Shown piece after piece: positions 18,643 to 28,048 of a DNA stretch of 64,000 bases (the first letter of the stretch is position 1; each line of letters starts with the position of its first letter). The DNA is from Candidatus Cloacimonadales bacterium (GTDB lineage: Bacteria > Cloacimonadota > Cloacimonadia > Cloacimonadales > JAFGVF01). A program made the translations under genes and the position numbers. The stretch spans positions 416,001 through 480,000 of the forward strand of contig OY782781.1 in NCBI GenBank assembly GCA_963678315.1, written 5' to 3'. The notes below the pieces were generated by a model. It ran no database searches and was not told where the DNA came from. It was given only the letters and a program-made list of their open reading frames with translations.

Positions 18643-20802
18643 ATGCCGAAAATAATAAAGAGGATTGTTCTATTACTTATAGTACTTTTCACAGTAAGTT
18701 GTGCTTACTACAACGGGCTTCATAATGCCAAGAAGCTATTCGCTGAAGCTGAAGAAATGGAGCTTGATAGCAAAGGTAGAGTTAGTAGAGATGCAAAAAG
18801 CAAATATAATAAAGTAATCAAAAAGTGTGGAACCATCTTAGAGTTTTACAATGAGAGTAAATATGTAGATGATGCAATCTACCTAATGGCTATGAGTTTT
18901 TACCGTAAAGGTGGTAATTTGACTAAAGCTATTGAGCAGTGTGATAAAATTATTGATTACTTTCCTGAGAGTGAATTTTATGTAGATGCTGTAATCTTGA
19001 AGGCACAAGTTCTAAGAGATAAACGTAAACCTGATGAATCTTATACTTTACTTGAAGAGATGATGCTCAACCCTAAGTACTCAGATGGCAAGAGTAAGGT
19101 CTTGCTTAAAATCGCTGAATTTTACACTGGTGATGAGAACTATTCAAGAGCTAGATACTATTTGAATACGATTATTACCGATTACAGAAAAAGCCTAGAG
19201 GCAAAAAAAGCATCTTATTTCTTAGGATTAAACTATATGGCAGAGGAAAATTATGCAGAAGCTATCACAGCCATCAAGCAATACCTCAAGCTTGATAATG
19301 ATAGAGAAGAAGAGAATGATGCTAATTATAATCTTGCTTACTGCTATTTCAAAACAGGAGATTATAGAAATGCTCTCAAGAGAGTTGATGACTTAATAGA
19401 TGATGAATATCGTAAAGCTCAAAAGAATGATGCTAAGGTTTTGAAAGGGCAGATTCTTTTAGCTGATAGTGGAGTTGAAGAAGGAATTGAATTGTTAAAC
19501 GAATTAATTGAGGGTAACCAAAAGGGTTCAGCTAGTGCTAAAGCTAATTATATCTTAGGCGACTACTATTTAACAAACACGGACAGTTTAAAACTTTCAA
19601 TTAAGTTATTTAATGCAGTAAAAAAAGCTGACTCAAATTCTGAATATGTTGAACAAGCAATAGCCAAAAGCTCAGTAGCTAGTCAAATTCAGCTTTTCAA
19701 AGATAGCGATGAAGAACTTCAACCCAAAGAGCTTGTTGATGAACAATTTAAGCTAGCAGAATACTACCTTGATATCATGGCTCTTCCTGATTCTGCTATA
19801 GCTGTTTATAATGATATTATTGACAATAAAATGCAGTTTGCTATAAAAAAAGACACCCTCTTGTTGAAGCAAGATTCTCTAAGTATAGCAGTAGATTCTC
19901 TCACTAACATTAATGATAATATGTCATCTGAAATAGATAGTCTAAGATTTCTTGTTGAGAACACCAATACTCTAGCTGATTCAACAATTACAAGCGATTC
20001 CCTCAGAACTGAAGATCCTAATGGTCAACGCATGTTAATGTTAGAAGCAGAACAAGATTCATTAGTACAACTACTTGATTCAAAGAGAAGCCAACTGCAA
20101 TCTATTACTGCTAAGATTGAGAACCTAAGCAAAGTAATTAAGCAATTTGATACTGAGTATATTCCATTTGCTTCTTTTGTAAAGATAATGATCTACAATG
20201 ACAATCTTCAAGATTCGCTCCAGGTTAAAAGAGAGACATCTTTCTTGCTGGATAATTTCCCTGATTCTAAATATGCCTTTGCAATATCTCAATCTCTTAA
20301 TGGCCAAGAGATGAAGCTTATTACTCCTGAGGAAGAACTTTCAAAGTTAAGGTACAAAGAATTAACTAGGCACATGCTTACAGAAGCAGATACAACTATT
20401 ACTCTTTTAGAGACTAATATGCAAGATTTACAAGATAGTGAAAAGATTAAGGCACAAATGGCTTTAGCCTACCTCTACCTTACTGCAAAGAAAGATACCG
20501 TATCTGCACGGACTTACTTTGATTCCTTGGCAACAAATATTAATCTTGTTCAAGAACAGCAAGAATGGGTTGAGAAATTCTATAAAAACGGAGATTTCTT
20601 ATTCAATCAAGTTGAAGAGATTCATGATGATGTTGAAGATAATATAGAAGAAGACAATTCTAATGACATCGAAGTAGAAGACCCAGCAAGCGATATTAAT
20701 AAAGATGAAGACAATGATAAACTAGAAGACGATGATACTGGTGATAAAGCTGAAGATAAAATCAATGACGCTATCAAGATTCAACAATCAATACCTAAAT
20801 AA
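18643..20802 (+). CDS. TPR-repeat lipoprotein with acidic tail
   Basis: Lipobox TVSC; repeated TPR patterns (YVDDAIYLMAMSFY, ASYFLGLNY, ANYNLAYCY); D/E-rich C-terminus. Confidence 0.85.
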   Translation: MPKIIKRIVLLLIVLFTVSCAYYNGLHNAKKLFAEAEEMELDSKGRVSRDAKSKYNKVIKKCGTILEFYNESKYVDDAIYLMAMSFYRKGGNLTKAIEQCDKIIDYFPESEFYVDAVILKAQVLRDKRKPDESYTLLEEMMLNPKYSDGKSKVLLKIAEFYTGDENYSRARYYLNTIITDYRKSLEAKKASYFLGLNYMAEENYAEAITAIKQYLKLDNDREEENDANYNLAYCYFKTGDYRNALKRVDDLIDDEYRKAQKNDAKVLKGQILLADSGVEEGIELLNELIEGNQKGSASAKANYILGDYYLTNTDSLKLSIKLFNAVKKADSNSEYVEQAIAKSSVASQIQLFKDSDEELQPKELVDEQFKLAEYYLDIMALPDSAIAVYNDIIDNKMQFAIKKDTLLLKQDSLSIAVDSLTNINDNMSSEIDSLRFLVENTNTLADSTITSDSLRTEDPNGQRMLMLEAEQDSLVQLLDSKRSQLQSITAKIENLSKVIKQFDTEYIPFASFVKIMIYNDNLQDSLQVKRETSFLLDNFPDSKYAFAISQSLNGQEMKLITPEEELSKLRYKELTRHMLTEADTTITLLETNMQDLQDSEKIKAQMALAYLYLTAKKDTVSARTYFDSLATNINLVQEQQEWVEKFYKNGDFLFNQVEEIHDDVEDNIEEDNSNDIEVEDPASDINKDEDNDKLEDDDTGDKAEDKINDAIKIQQSIPK

Positions 20803-20813
20803 AGAGGATTATA

Positions 20814-21503
20814 TTGTTAAATAAAGATTCTTTTTCATTTAGGATACATATCTTAATCAAACTAGGATTTATCTGTTTTCTAATTTATTCACTAAGCAGT
20901 AATATTCTTTCTATTCAATTAGGAACTTCTTTAATCATAGCATCATTCTTGATTAAGGGAGAGATTAGAAAGAATTGGTTGAAAGTAGTCTCCAAGGCTT
21001 CAATAATGCTGATAACTTACCTTGTATTCCAGTTCATTTTTAAGCAAGATTTAGAGCTTGCTTTATTCACAACAGCTAGACTTATTCTATACATAGTTTT
21101 AATTGTTTGGCTGAAAAATACTACTACTATTAAATCATATTTATCTGATCTTGATAAAGCCTTAGACACTATCAGATTTGCTAAGCTTAAAAGCAATATC
21201 CGAAAATACCTATATGTTTTTAATTATTTCATTATATCTACTATTTTAAATGTTGAAAACTTCTATAAGTACTTTTCTCACTTCTCTAAAGACAATATTC
21301 CTTTAAAGAATAGGATTATGCAGGTTCTTTTTAAGAGCATGTCAGATCAGAATTATATAAAGAGAGAAACTGAAGAGACAATTAATATCATTTATTACCG
21401 CAAGTTCTATTGGCTAGAGAATATACTTGTATTGCTATTAATTGCTTCAATAATCCTAATAAACAATCAATCATTCCAAGAATATGCAAAAATTTTTAAT
21501 TAA
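20814..21503 (+). CDS. Membrane protein, degenerate EcfT/CbiQ-like
   Basis: Four to five hydrophobic segments, H..IKL start, RL..TT pattern, directly upstream of truA. Confidence 0.45.
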   Translation: MLNKDSFSFRIHILIKLGFICFLIYSLSSNILSIQLGTSLIIASFLIKGEIRKNWLKVVSKASIMLITYLVFQFIFKQDLELALFTTARLILYIVLIVWLKNTTTIKSYLSDLDKALDTIRFAKLKSNIRKYLYVFNYFIISTILNVENFYKYFSHFSKDNIPLKNRIMQVLFKSMSDQNYIKRETEETINIIYYRKFYWLENILVLLLIASIILINNQSFQEYAKIFN

Positions 21504-22260
21504 AATATCTTATGATGGGTCATGTTATCATGGCTGGCAGATTCAACCTAATGGAATATCTGTCCAAGAAGTAATCGAGAAATGTCTAAAACAAATTGCC
21601 AAGCAAGCTATTCCAATTGTTGGTTCAGGAAGAACTGACACAGGCGTTCATGCAACTTGTCAATATGCTCATTTTAACTTTCCTATAAATATGAGTCCTA
21701 AGCAACTTCGTTTAGCACTCAGAACTAAGCTTCCAGACTCTATTAGAGTAACAGAAGTCTTTATCGTTCCTGATGATTTTCATGCTAGATATGATGCCTA
21801 TAAAAGGGGATATAAATATATATTAACTAGGAAGAAAAACCCTTTTAATAGGCTCTACAAAAGCTTTATACCCTATAAAGAACTAGATATAGATAGATTG
21901 AGAGCATGTGTTCCATATCTATTGGGACAACATGATTTTACTTCATTCTGCAAACCTAATCCCCAGATTAAAAGTAATGTCTGTGACCTCTACAAAGTCG
22001 ATATAGTTGAGAATGATTTTGATATTGAGTTTTATATTTCAGCTAATAGATTTTTACATAATATGGTTAGAAGAATTGTCGGAACCCTAGTTAGCTTCTC
22101 TCATGAGAAGTTTGATCCTGCCATGATTAAAGATCTTATGGATGCAAAGAAAGCTAATCAGAACATTATCTTTACTGCTCCCCCAAATGGTTTATATCTA
22201 AGAGAAGTCTTGTATCCTAATTTCCAAGAATCACTGATTGATCAGGATTCTGAGAGATAA
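21484..22260 (+). CDS. truA: tRNA pseudouridine(38-40) synthase
   Basis: SYDGSCYHGWQIQ, GSGRTDTGVHA, FHARYDA, FLHNMVRRIVG. Confidence 0.97.
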   Translation: MQKFLIKISYDGSCYHGWQIQPNGISVQEVIEKCLKQIAKQAIPIVGSGRTDTGVHATCQYAHFNFPINMSPKQLRLALRTKLPDSIRVTEVFIVPDDFHARYDAYKRGYKYILTRKKNPFNRLYKSFIPYKELDIDRLRACVPYLLGQHDFTSFCKPNPQIKSNVCDLYKVDIVENDFDIEFYISANRFLHNMVRRIVGTLVSFSHEKFDPAMIKDLMDAKKANQNIIFTAPPNGLYLREVLYPNFQESLIDQDSER

Positions 22261-22370
22261 ACCCTTTTCTATAGATACATACGGACGTGTGTGTCATGAA
22301 GTTCCTTCAACCTATCGGTGGATGCTTACACTCCATCACCATCTGGATGCACAAGCTTCTAGCTTGTATC

Positions 22371-22477
22371 TGAGACGTTTTTCCAAACGCCTCTACAAAT
22401 TCAAATTCACTTATCATTATGTTCTAAGTGAAGCCAGCTAGCAGCTGGCGATCCCAGTGTGTTCACTTATCACTGCG
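22371..22477 (+). repeat. Mosaic REP-like element, copy C (left part, interrupted by IS21)
   Basis: TGAGACGTTTTTCCAAACGCCTCTAC followed by CACTTA..TAAGTG/GCCAGC..GCTGGC-GATCCCAGT units. Confidence 0.85.
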
Positions 22478-22557
22478 TGTTAATAGAATTATAAAGTGGT
22501 ACAGTAATGGAAGTATAAAATGGTACACTCCTCAAAATACAAATTTTGAGGATAACC

Positions 22558-24042
22558 ATGATAGAGGAAAGCATGTATCACAAGATAAAATCGTGTCAGA
22601 ATTTAAACTTAAGTGTAAGAGAAACAGCTAGGCAATTAGCTATATCACCAACGACAGTGCAGAAGTTCAGAAAGATGTCGTTAAAAGATTATACAGAATA
22701 TAAGAGCAATATCTTTAGACGAAACAGTATTTTAGAGTCTTATAAAGAGTTGTTAAGCCTTTGGATTAAGGAATATCCACGAATACGCACAACCAAACTT
22801 CATCGTAAATTCCAAAAGAAATACCCCGATATAGTTATATCAGAGCGAGCATTTTCGAATTACATAAATAAACTCAAAGAAGCAATAAAGCCTCGTTGTA
22901 GACGTTATTTTACCCCTGTAACGTATGAACCAGGAGTACAGATACAAGTAGATCCGGGAGAACAAAAAGTATTACTCACAACAGGTGAAAAGATAAAAGT
23001 TTATTTTGTAGCCTTTAAAATCTCATACTCAAGAATGGTGTATGCTCATTTCCAATTAAGACCATATAATACTAATGATTTTATACAAGCTCATGAAGCC
23101 TGTTTTAATTATTTTAGATGCTTACCAAAGCAATTAGTTTATGACCAAACAAAGTTAGTTGTAATAAGAGAAAAATATAGGGAAGTATGGTTAAATAAAC
23201 TATTTGAACAGTTCCTAAACAAACACAATTTAAACTATTATATATGCGAAGGTTATGACCCTCAAACTAAAGGACTTGTGGAACGCCATGTAAGAGAAGT
23301 AAAAGAAGATTTTCTTTATGGAGATAAGTTTTCAGGGTTAAGTGAGATAGAAATGCGTTCAAAAGATTGGTTTGAAATGGTAAATAATAGAGAGCATAGC
23401 ACAACTTTAGAAATTCCGACAGAAGTATTTAAAGCTGAAAAGGATTTAATGAGAACTTATATACCAAACAATAGAGTATTGAGAAAAGTAGATAAACAAG
23501 GAATAATATCTTGGAAAGGTAATAAATATTCAGTTCCTTATATTTATCAAAAAAAAGAAGTTTTAGTAGAAGAATTAAATAGCAAACTTTTGATAATAGA
23601 TAGCTTAACACTAGCACAAGTAGCTAGTCATTCTGTAAAATATGGAAAGTCAAAGCCGACTATAAATCAAGCACATTATATTGATTATTCAGAAAAATTA
23701 GAAACTCTAAAGGATGACGTTTTAGAACTTCTGAAAGGATATCAAAATTATGACGTTTTTGTGACCAGGATTTTAAAAGAAAACACAAGTCACCCACGAG
23801 AACAATTAAGAGCAATAAGACGGCTATATAATGAATATAACCGTCTTGACTGGAATTTTGTAATTAATCAATCTTTAGCATTTTCACAACTACGCGCAAG
23901 CAAAGTTGAAAATGTTCTTGAAGCTCTCACAAAGCAATTAAAGATAAATGATTATATACAAAACAACCAAAGTAATAATAACACAAGTAGTTCAAAACTA
24001 GCAAGAGATTTATCAGATTATGATAGGATGGTAAAAAAATGA
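22558..24042 (+). CDS. istA: IS21 DDE transposase
   Basis: N-terminal HTH; DDE residues in QVDPGE, YDQTK and KGLVER; ATG at 22558 has a GAGG SD. Confidence 0.95.
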   Translation: MIEESMYHKIKSCQNLNLSVRETARQLAISPTTVQKFRKMSLKDYTEYKSNIFRRNSILESYKELLSLWIKEYPRIRTTKLHRKFQKKYPDIVISERAFSNYINKLKEAIKPRCRRYFTPVTYEPGVQIQVDPGEQKVLLTTGEKIKVYFVAFKISYSRMVYAHFQLRPYNTNDFIQAHEACFNYFRCLPKQLVYDQTKLVVIREKYREVWLNKLFEQFLNKHNLNYYICEGYDPQTKGLVERHVREVKEDFLYGDKFSGLSEIEMRSKDWFEMVNNREHSTTLEIPTEVFKAEKDLMRTYIPNNRVLRKVDKQGIISWKGNKYSVPYIYQKKEVLVEELNSKLLIIDSLTLAQVASHSVKYGKSKPTINQAHYIDYSEKLETLKDDVLELLKGYQNYDVFVTRILKENTSHPREQLRAIRRLYNEYNRLDWNFVINQSLAFSQLRASKVENVLEALTKQLKINDYIQNNQSNNNTSSSKLARDLSDYDRMVKK

Positions 24043-24767
24043 TGGAACAATTAAAGAAAGATTTATTCAGGATAAGGTGTCGACATATACTCAATAACAT
24101 TGAATCATATTTACAGCATGGAAGAGAGAAAGAACTCTCTAATCAGCAGTTTTTATCGTATATTATCAGAAATGAAGTTAATAGCAGAAATCAAACAGCT
24201 ATTAAGCTAAAAATAAAAAGGTCAAATTTCCCTTCAGTAAAGACATTTGAAGAGTTTGATTATAAATATCAACACAGTGTAACTAAAAGGATGGTCAATG
24301 AGTGGTTGGATTTTGATTGGATAGATAACAGAGAAAATAAGATATTTATGGGACCTCCTGGAGTTGGTAAAACGCATATAGCATTAGCTTTGGGATATGA
24401 AGCAATACAAAAGGGATATAATGTAAAATTTTACACATTTAATGATTTACTAGATGATATGTTAATAGCATCCAATGAGAAAAGCCTGAAAGAGTTTATT
24501 AAGAAACTATGTAAAAATGAATTAATAATTATTGATGAAATCGGCTATTTACCAATAAAGGAAATATCTTCAAGTATGTTCTTTAAACTAGTTAGCGAAC
24601 TATATGAATTTAGATCTATTGTTATAACATCAAACAAACTATTTCAAGAGTGGGGATCTGCTTTTGGAGATAATGTTATTACTTCAGCAATATTAGATAG
24701 ACTTCTACACCATGCACAGCTAATCACGATGGATGGTGATAGCTATAGAATGAAAGGTAAAATTTAA
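24039..24767 (+). CDS. istB: IS21 helper AAA+ ATPase
   Basis: GPPGVGKT, IIIDEIGY, AILDRLLHH, GDSYR; ATGA overlap with istA. Confidence 0.96.
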   Translation: MMEQLKKDLFRIRCRHILNNIESYLQHGREKELSNQQFLSYIIRNEVNSRNQTAIKLKIKRSNFPSVKTFEEFDYKYQHSVTKRMVNEWLDFDWIDNRENKIFMGPPGVGKTHIALALGYEAIQKGYNVKFYTFNDLLDDMLIASNEKSLKEFIKKLCKNELIIIDEIGYLPIKEISSSMFFKLVSELYEFRSIVITSNKLFQEWGSAFGDNVITSAILDRLLHHAQLITMDGDSYRMKGKI

Positions 24768-24836
24768 CTTATTTTTTTAACCAAAGTGTAACAGTTTATA
24801 CTTCCAAAAGTGTAACATTTTAAACTTCTCTTGACA

Positions 24837-25127
24837 TCACTGCGTTCTAAGTGAAGCCAGCACAGAGGCTGGCGATCCCAGTGTGTCCACTTATCACTGC
24901 CTTCTAAGTGAAGCCAGCTAGCAGCTGGCGATCCCAGTATTAGCCGGCTAGCAGCCGAGCGTTCCCAGTATTAGCCGGCTAGCAGCCGAGCGTTCCCAGT
25001 ATTAGCCAGCTATCCCGCAGCAGCCGGACTAAAGGCAAAGCGTTCCCAGTCATTCACTCCTCCCTCCTAACTCCAGCCTTACTTGCCTCATTGAAAAATC
25101 GGCTTTTTTTCAAGGAGGCTAGTAAGG
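24837..25127 (+). repeat. Mosaic REP-like element, copy C (right part)
   Basis: 56-57-bp units, a perfect 31-bp tandem duplication TAGCCGGCTAGCAGCCGAGCGTTCCCAGTAT, heptamers and terminal hairpin. Confidence 0.88.
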
Positions 25128-25589
25128 AAGCAGGCAATACTGACCAATATTGTTAAGAATATTTGATTAAAAACACTTTTACATTGACAAGTTAAGATAC
25201 ATATTTTAGAGTAACTTATCATTTTAGTCGAATAGATTCTACTTAATTATAACAAGCTTTGGGAATGGATAGAAAGAAAGTCAAAGGTTAGAATTCATGA
25301 AGTTACTAAATTCGTTGAAAGCTATGAAAATCTTCGGACAAAACAAAATACTCAGGATTCAGAAAAGAAAGGACAAAGAATTCAAGAATTACAGCCTATA
25401 AATATTCAATAATTTGTTTGATAGGAAGAAAGTACTTTAAATAACATTCTTATTGACAAAACACTTGTTAGAAAAAGTTAATTACTTATATTATATTAAG
25501 CCCAATTAATAGACTAGAGCTAATAAAATAGCACAATTATAAAGTAAGCAAAGCTAAAGATTGGGATAAAACTTTTAACAGGTAGTTTA

Positions 25590-26972
25590 ATGAGAATAGA
25601 ACAAGATATATTGGGTAGCTATGAGCTCACTGATAAAGAGCTTATCGGAATAAATACAGCAAGAGCAAGAGACAACTTTCAAATCTCTAGTTTAAGAATG
25701 CCAAAGATATTTATAAAGGCTTTGGCTCAAGTCAAATTAGCTTGTGCAAGAACTAATTTTCAATTAGGCTATTTAGATGATGAAAAGTTTGAAGCAATTT
25801 TATACGCAACTAACGAAATTATTGATGGCAAGCACTATGATTCTTTCGATTTAGACGCTTTACAAGGTGGAGCTGGCACTTCTACAAACATGAACATTAA
25901 TGAGGTTATTGCTAACATAGCTAATGACTTTCTGGGTGAGGAAATAGGTCAATATCAAATTGTAAAACCATTACAAGATGTTAATATGCACCAGTCGACT
26001 AATGATGTTTATCCTACCGCAGTTAGAATAGCAGTCCTATACCTTCTAAAGAATCTAGAAAAAGAGCTGTCTGAACTACAAGAAGAGATTCAGGAAAAAG
26101 AACAAGAATTCCATAATATTATCAAGCTGGGTAGAACGCAACTTCAAGATGCTGTACCTATGACTCTTGGAATGGAGTTTTCTGCTTACTCAGAAGCAAT
26201 TGCTAGAGATAGATGGAGAATATTCAAGTGCAGAGAAAGAATTAAGGTCCTAAATCTTGGGGGAACTGCAATAGGAACAGGTATCGGGGCACCACAAGAC
26301 TATATTTTCAAGGTAGTTGAAAATCTAAAAGATATTACAGGTCTGGTTATTGCAAGGTCAGAAAACCTAGTTGAGACAACCCAGAATTTGGATCCTTTTG
26401 TAGAAATCTCTGGAATGCTCAAAACTCTAGCAGTAAACCTCTACAAAATTTCTAATGACTTGAGGATTCTAGCTTCTGGTCCAGATGGTGGATTTGGAGA
26501 GATTAATCTTCCAGCCCTACAAAGTGGTTCCACAATCATGCCTACCAAAGTCAATCCTGTAATTCCAGAAGCAATTTCCCAGATAGCTCTAAAGGTTATG
26601 GGCAATGATTCTATTCTTACTAATGCTTCTGCCTTAGGAAACTTAGAGTTAAATCAGTTCATGCCTCTAATAGCTTATACTATCTTAGAAACCTTGGAAA
26701 TTCTTAACAGCGGTTCTAGTATTTTTAGAGAAAGATGTATAAAAGGGATTACTGCAAACCCTGATGTTTGTAAAGAAAAGCTGATGAAGAGTAAAACAAT
26801 TGCTACTGTTTTAGTACCTGTTCTTGGATATAAAAAGGTGGAAGAGCTAATCAAGCTTTCCTTAGAAACAAAAAAAGCAGTAAAAGATTTAATTATAGAA
26901 GAAAAGCTTCTCTCAGAAGAAAAATTAGATGAACTACTAAGCCCAAAAAGAATGTACAGATTGGGCTTTTAG
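25590..26972 (+). CDS. aspA: Aspartate ammonia-lyase (fumarase/aspartase superfamily)
   Basis: QGGAGTSTNMNINEVIAN, QSTNDVYPT, GRTQLQDAVP, GSTIMPTKVNPV. Confidence 0.9.
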   Translation: MRIEQDILGSYELTDKELIGINTARARDNFQISSLRMPKIFIKALAQVKLACARTNFQLGYLDDEKFEAILYATNEIIDGKHYDSFDLDALQGGAGTSTNMNINEVIANIANDFLGEEIGQYQIVKPLQDVNMHQSTNDVYPTAVRIAVLYLLKNLEKELSELQEEIQEKEQEFHNIIKLGRTQLQDAVPMTLGMEFSAYSEAIARDRWRIFKCRERIKVLNLGGTAIGTGIGAPQDYIFKVVENLKDITGLVIARSENLVETTQNLDPFVEISGMLKTLAVNLYKISNDLRILASGPDGGFGEINLPALQSGSTIMPTKVNPVIPEAISQIALKVMGNDSILTNASALGNLELNQFMPLIAYTILETLEILNSGSSIFRERCIKGITANPDVCKEKLMKSKTIATVLVPVLGYKKVEELIKLSLETKKAVKDLIIEEKLLSEEKLDELLSPKRMYRLGF

Positions 26973-26980
26973 GAGAATAT

Positions 26981-28045
26981 ATGAAAAATTACAATTGGGA
27001 TAATTTATCCAAAGAAGATTTAATAGAATTACTTGAAACTAAAGACAAAGAACTTATAGAAGAGCTCTATAAACAGGCATACAAAGTTAAACTGAAATAT
27101 GTTGGCAACACTGTTTATTTCAGAGGACTGGTTGAATTTAGTAATGTATGTGTAAAAGACTGTCTTTATTGTGGAATTAGGAAAAGTAATGGTAAAGTTC
27201 AACGATATTCATTAACTAAAGAAGAAATATTGAAATCTGCTAAATGGGCTTATGACCATAAATACGCTTCCCTAGTTCTACAATCTGGAGAAAGAACAGA
27301 TGAAGACTTTGTTTCATTTGTAGAAGAAGTTCTTTATGAGATAAAAGATAAATATGGACTTGGTGTTACTCTTTCATTAGGAGAAGAAACTCGTGAGACC
27401 TATAGACGATGGAGAAAAGCAGGTGCTAGTAGATACCTTATTAGAATAGAAAGCACAAACCGTAATGTATTCAAGCTCATTCATCCTAAAGAGCAGAACT
27501 TCGAAAGAAGACTGCAAGCAATCTATGACTTGAGAGCTGAGGATTATCAAGTAGGAACTGGGGTAATGATTGGTTTACCAACACAAACAGCTGAAGATTT
27601 AGCTAATGATATTCTCTTCTTCAAAGAGCACGATATCGATATGATTGGTATGGGTCCTTACATTGTTCATCATGATACCCCAATGGCTCAAATGGTAGAG
27701 AATTATGATCCTAATCATCAACTAGAATTAGGGCTTAAAATGGTGGCACTTACTAGACTTTATTTAAAAGATGTAAATATCGCTTCTACTACAGCTCTTC
27801 AGACTCTTGATTCTCTAGGAAGAGAAAGAGGGCTTCTAGCAGGTGGAAATGTTTGTATGCCTGTAGTATATGAATCAGAGAACAGACAAAACTATCTTCT
27901 TTATGACAATAAACCTGCTTTGACTGAAACTAGTGAAGAGAATATGCGTGCTTTTGAAGAATCAATAGCTAGAATCGGTGAAACTATTGGTTATGGTCAT
28001 AAAGGTAATTCTCCTCATTACAAGAAACGTAAAGGACAGGAATAA
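26981..28045 (+). CDS. hydE: [FeFe]-hydrogenase maturase radical SAM HydE
   Basis: RGLVEFSNVCVKDCLYCG, LQSGE, GTGVMIGLP, YLLYDNKP; adjacent to hydF. Confidence 0.9.
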   Translation: MKNYNWDNLSKEDLIELLETKDKELIEELYKQAYKVKLKYVGNTVYFRGLVEFSNVCVKDCLYCGIRKSNGKVQRYSLTKEEILKSAKWAYDHKYASLVLQSGERTDEDFVSFVEEVLYEIKDKYGLGVTLSLGEETRETYRRWRKAGASRYLIRIESTNRNVFKLIHPKEQNFERRLQAIYDLRAEDYQVGTGVMIGLPTQTAEDLANDILFFKEHDIDMIGMGPYIVHHDTPMAQMVENYDPNHQLELGLKMVALTRLYLKDVNIASTTALQTLDSLGRERGLLAGGNVCMPVVYESENRQNYLLYDNKPALTETSEENMRAFEESIARIGETIGYGHKGNSPHYKKRKGQE

Positions 28046-28048
28046 ATC

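Larger units (their letters stand above)
22478..24836 (+). mobile_element. IS21 family insertion sequence, complete (2359 bp)
   Basis: TG...CA ends; imperfect IRs of about 50 bp (TGTTAATAGAATTATAAAGTGGTACAG vs TGTCAAGAGAAGTTTAAAATGTTACAC) with two subterminal boxes per end; 8-bp direct repeat TCACTGCG at 22470-22477 and 24837-24844; istA and istB. Confidence 0.96.
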
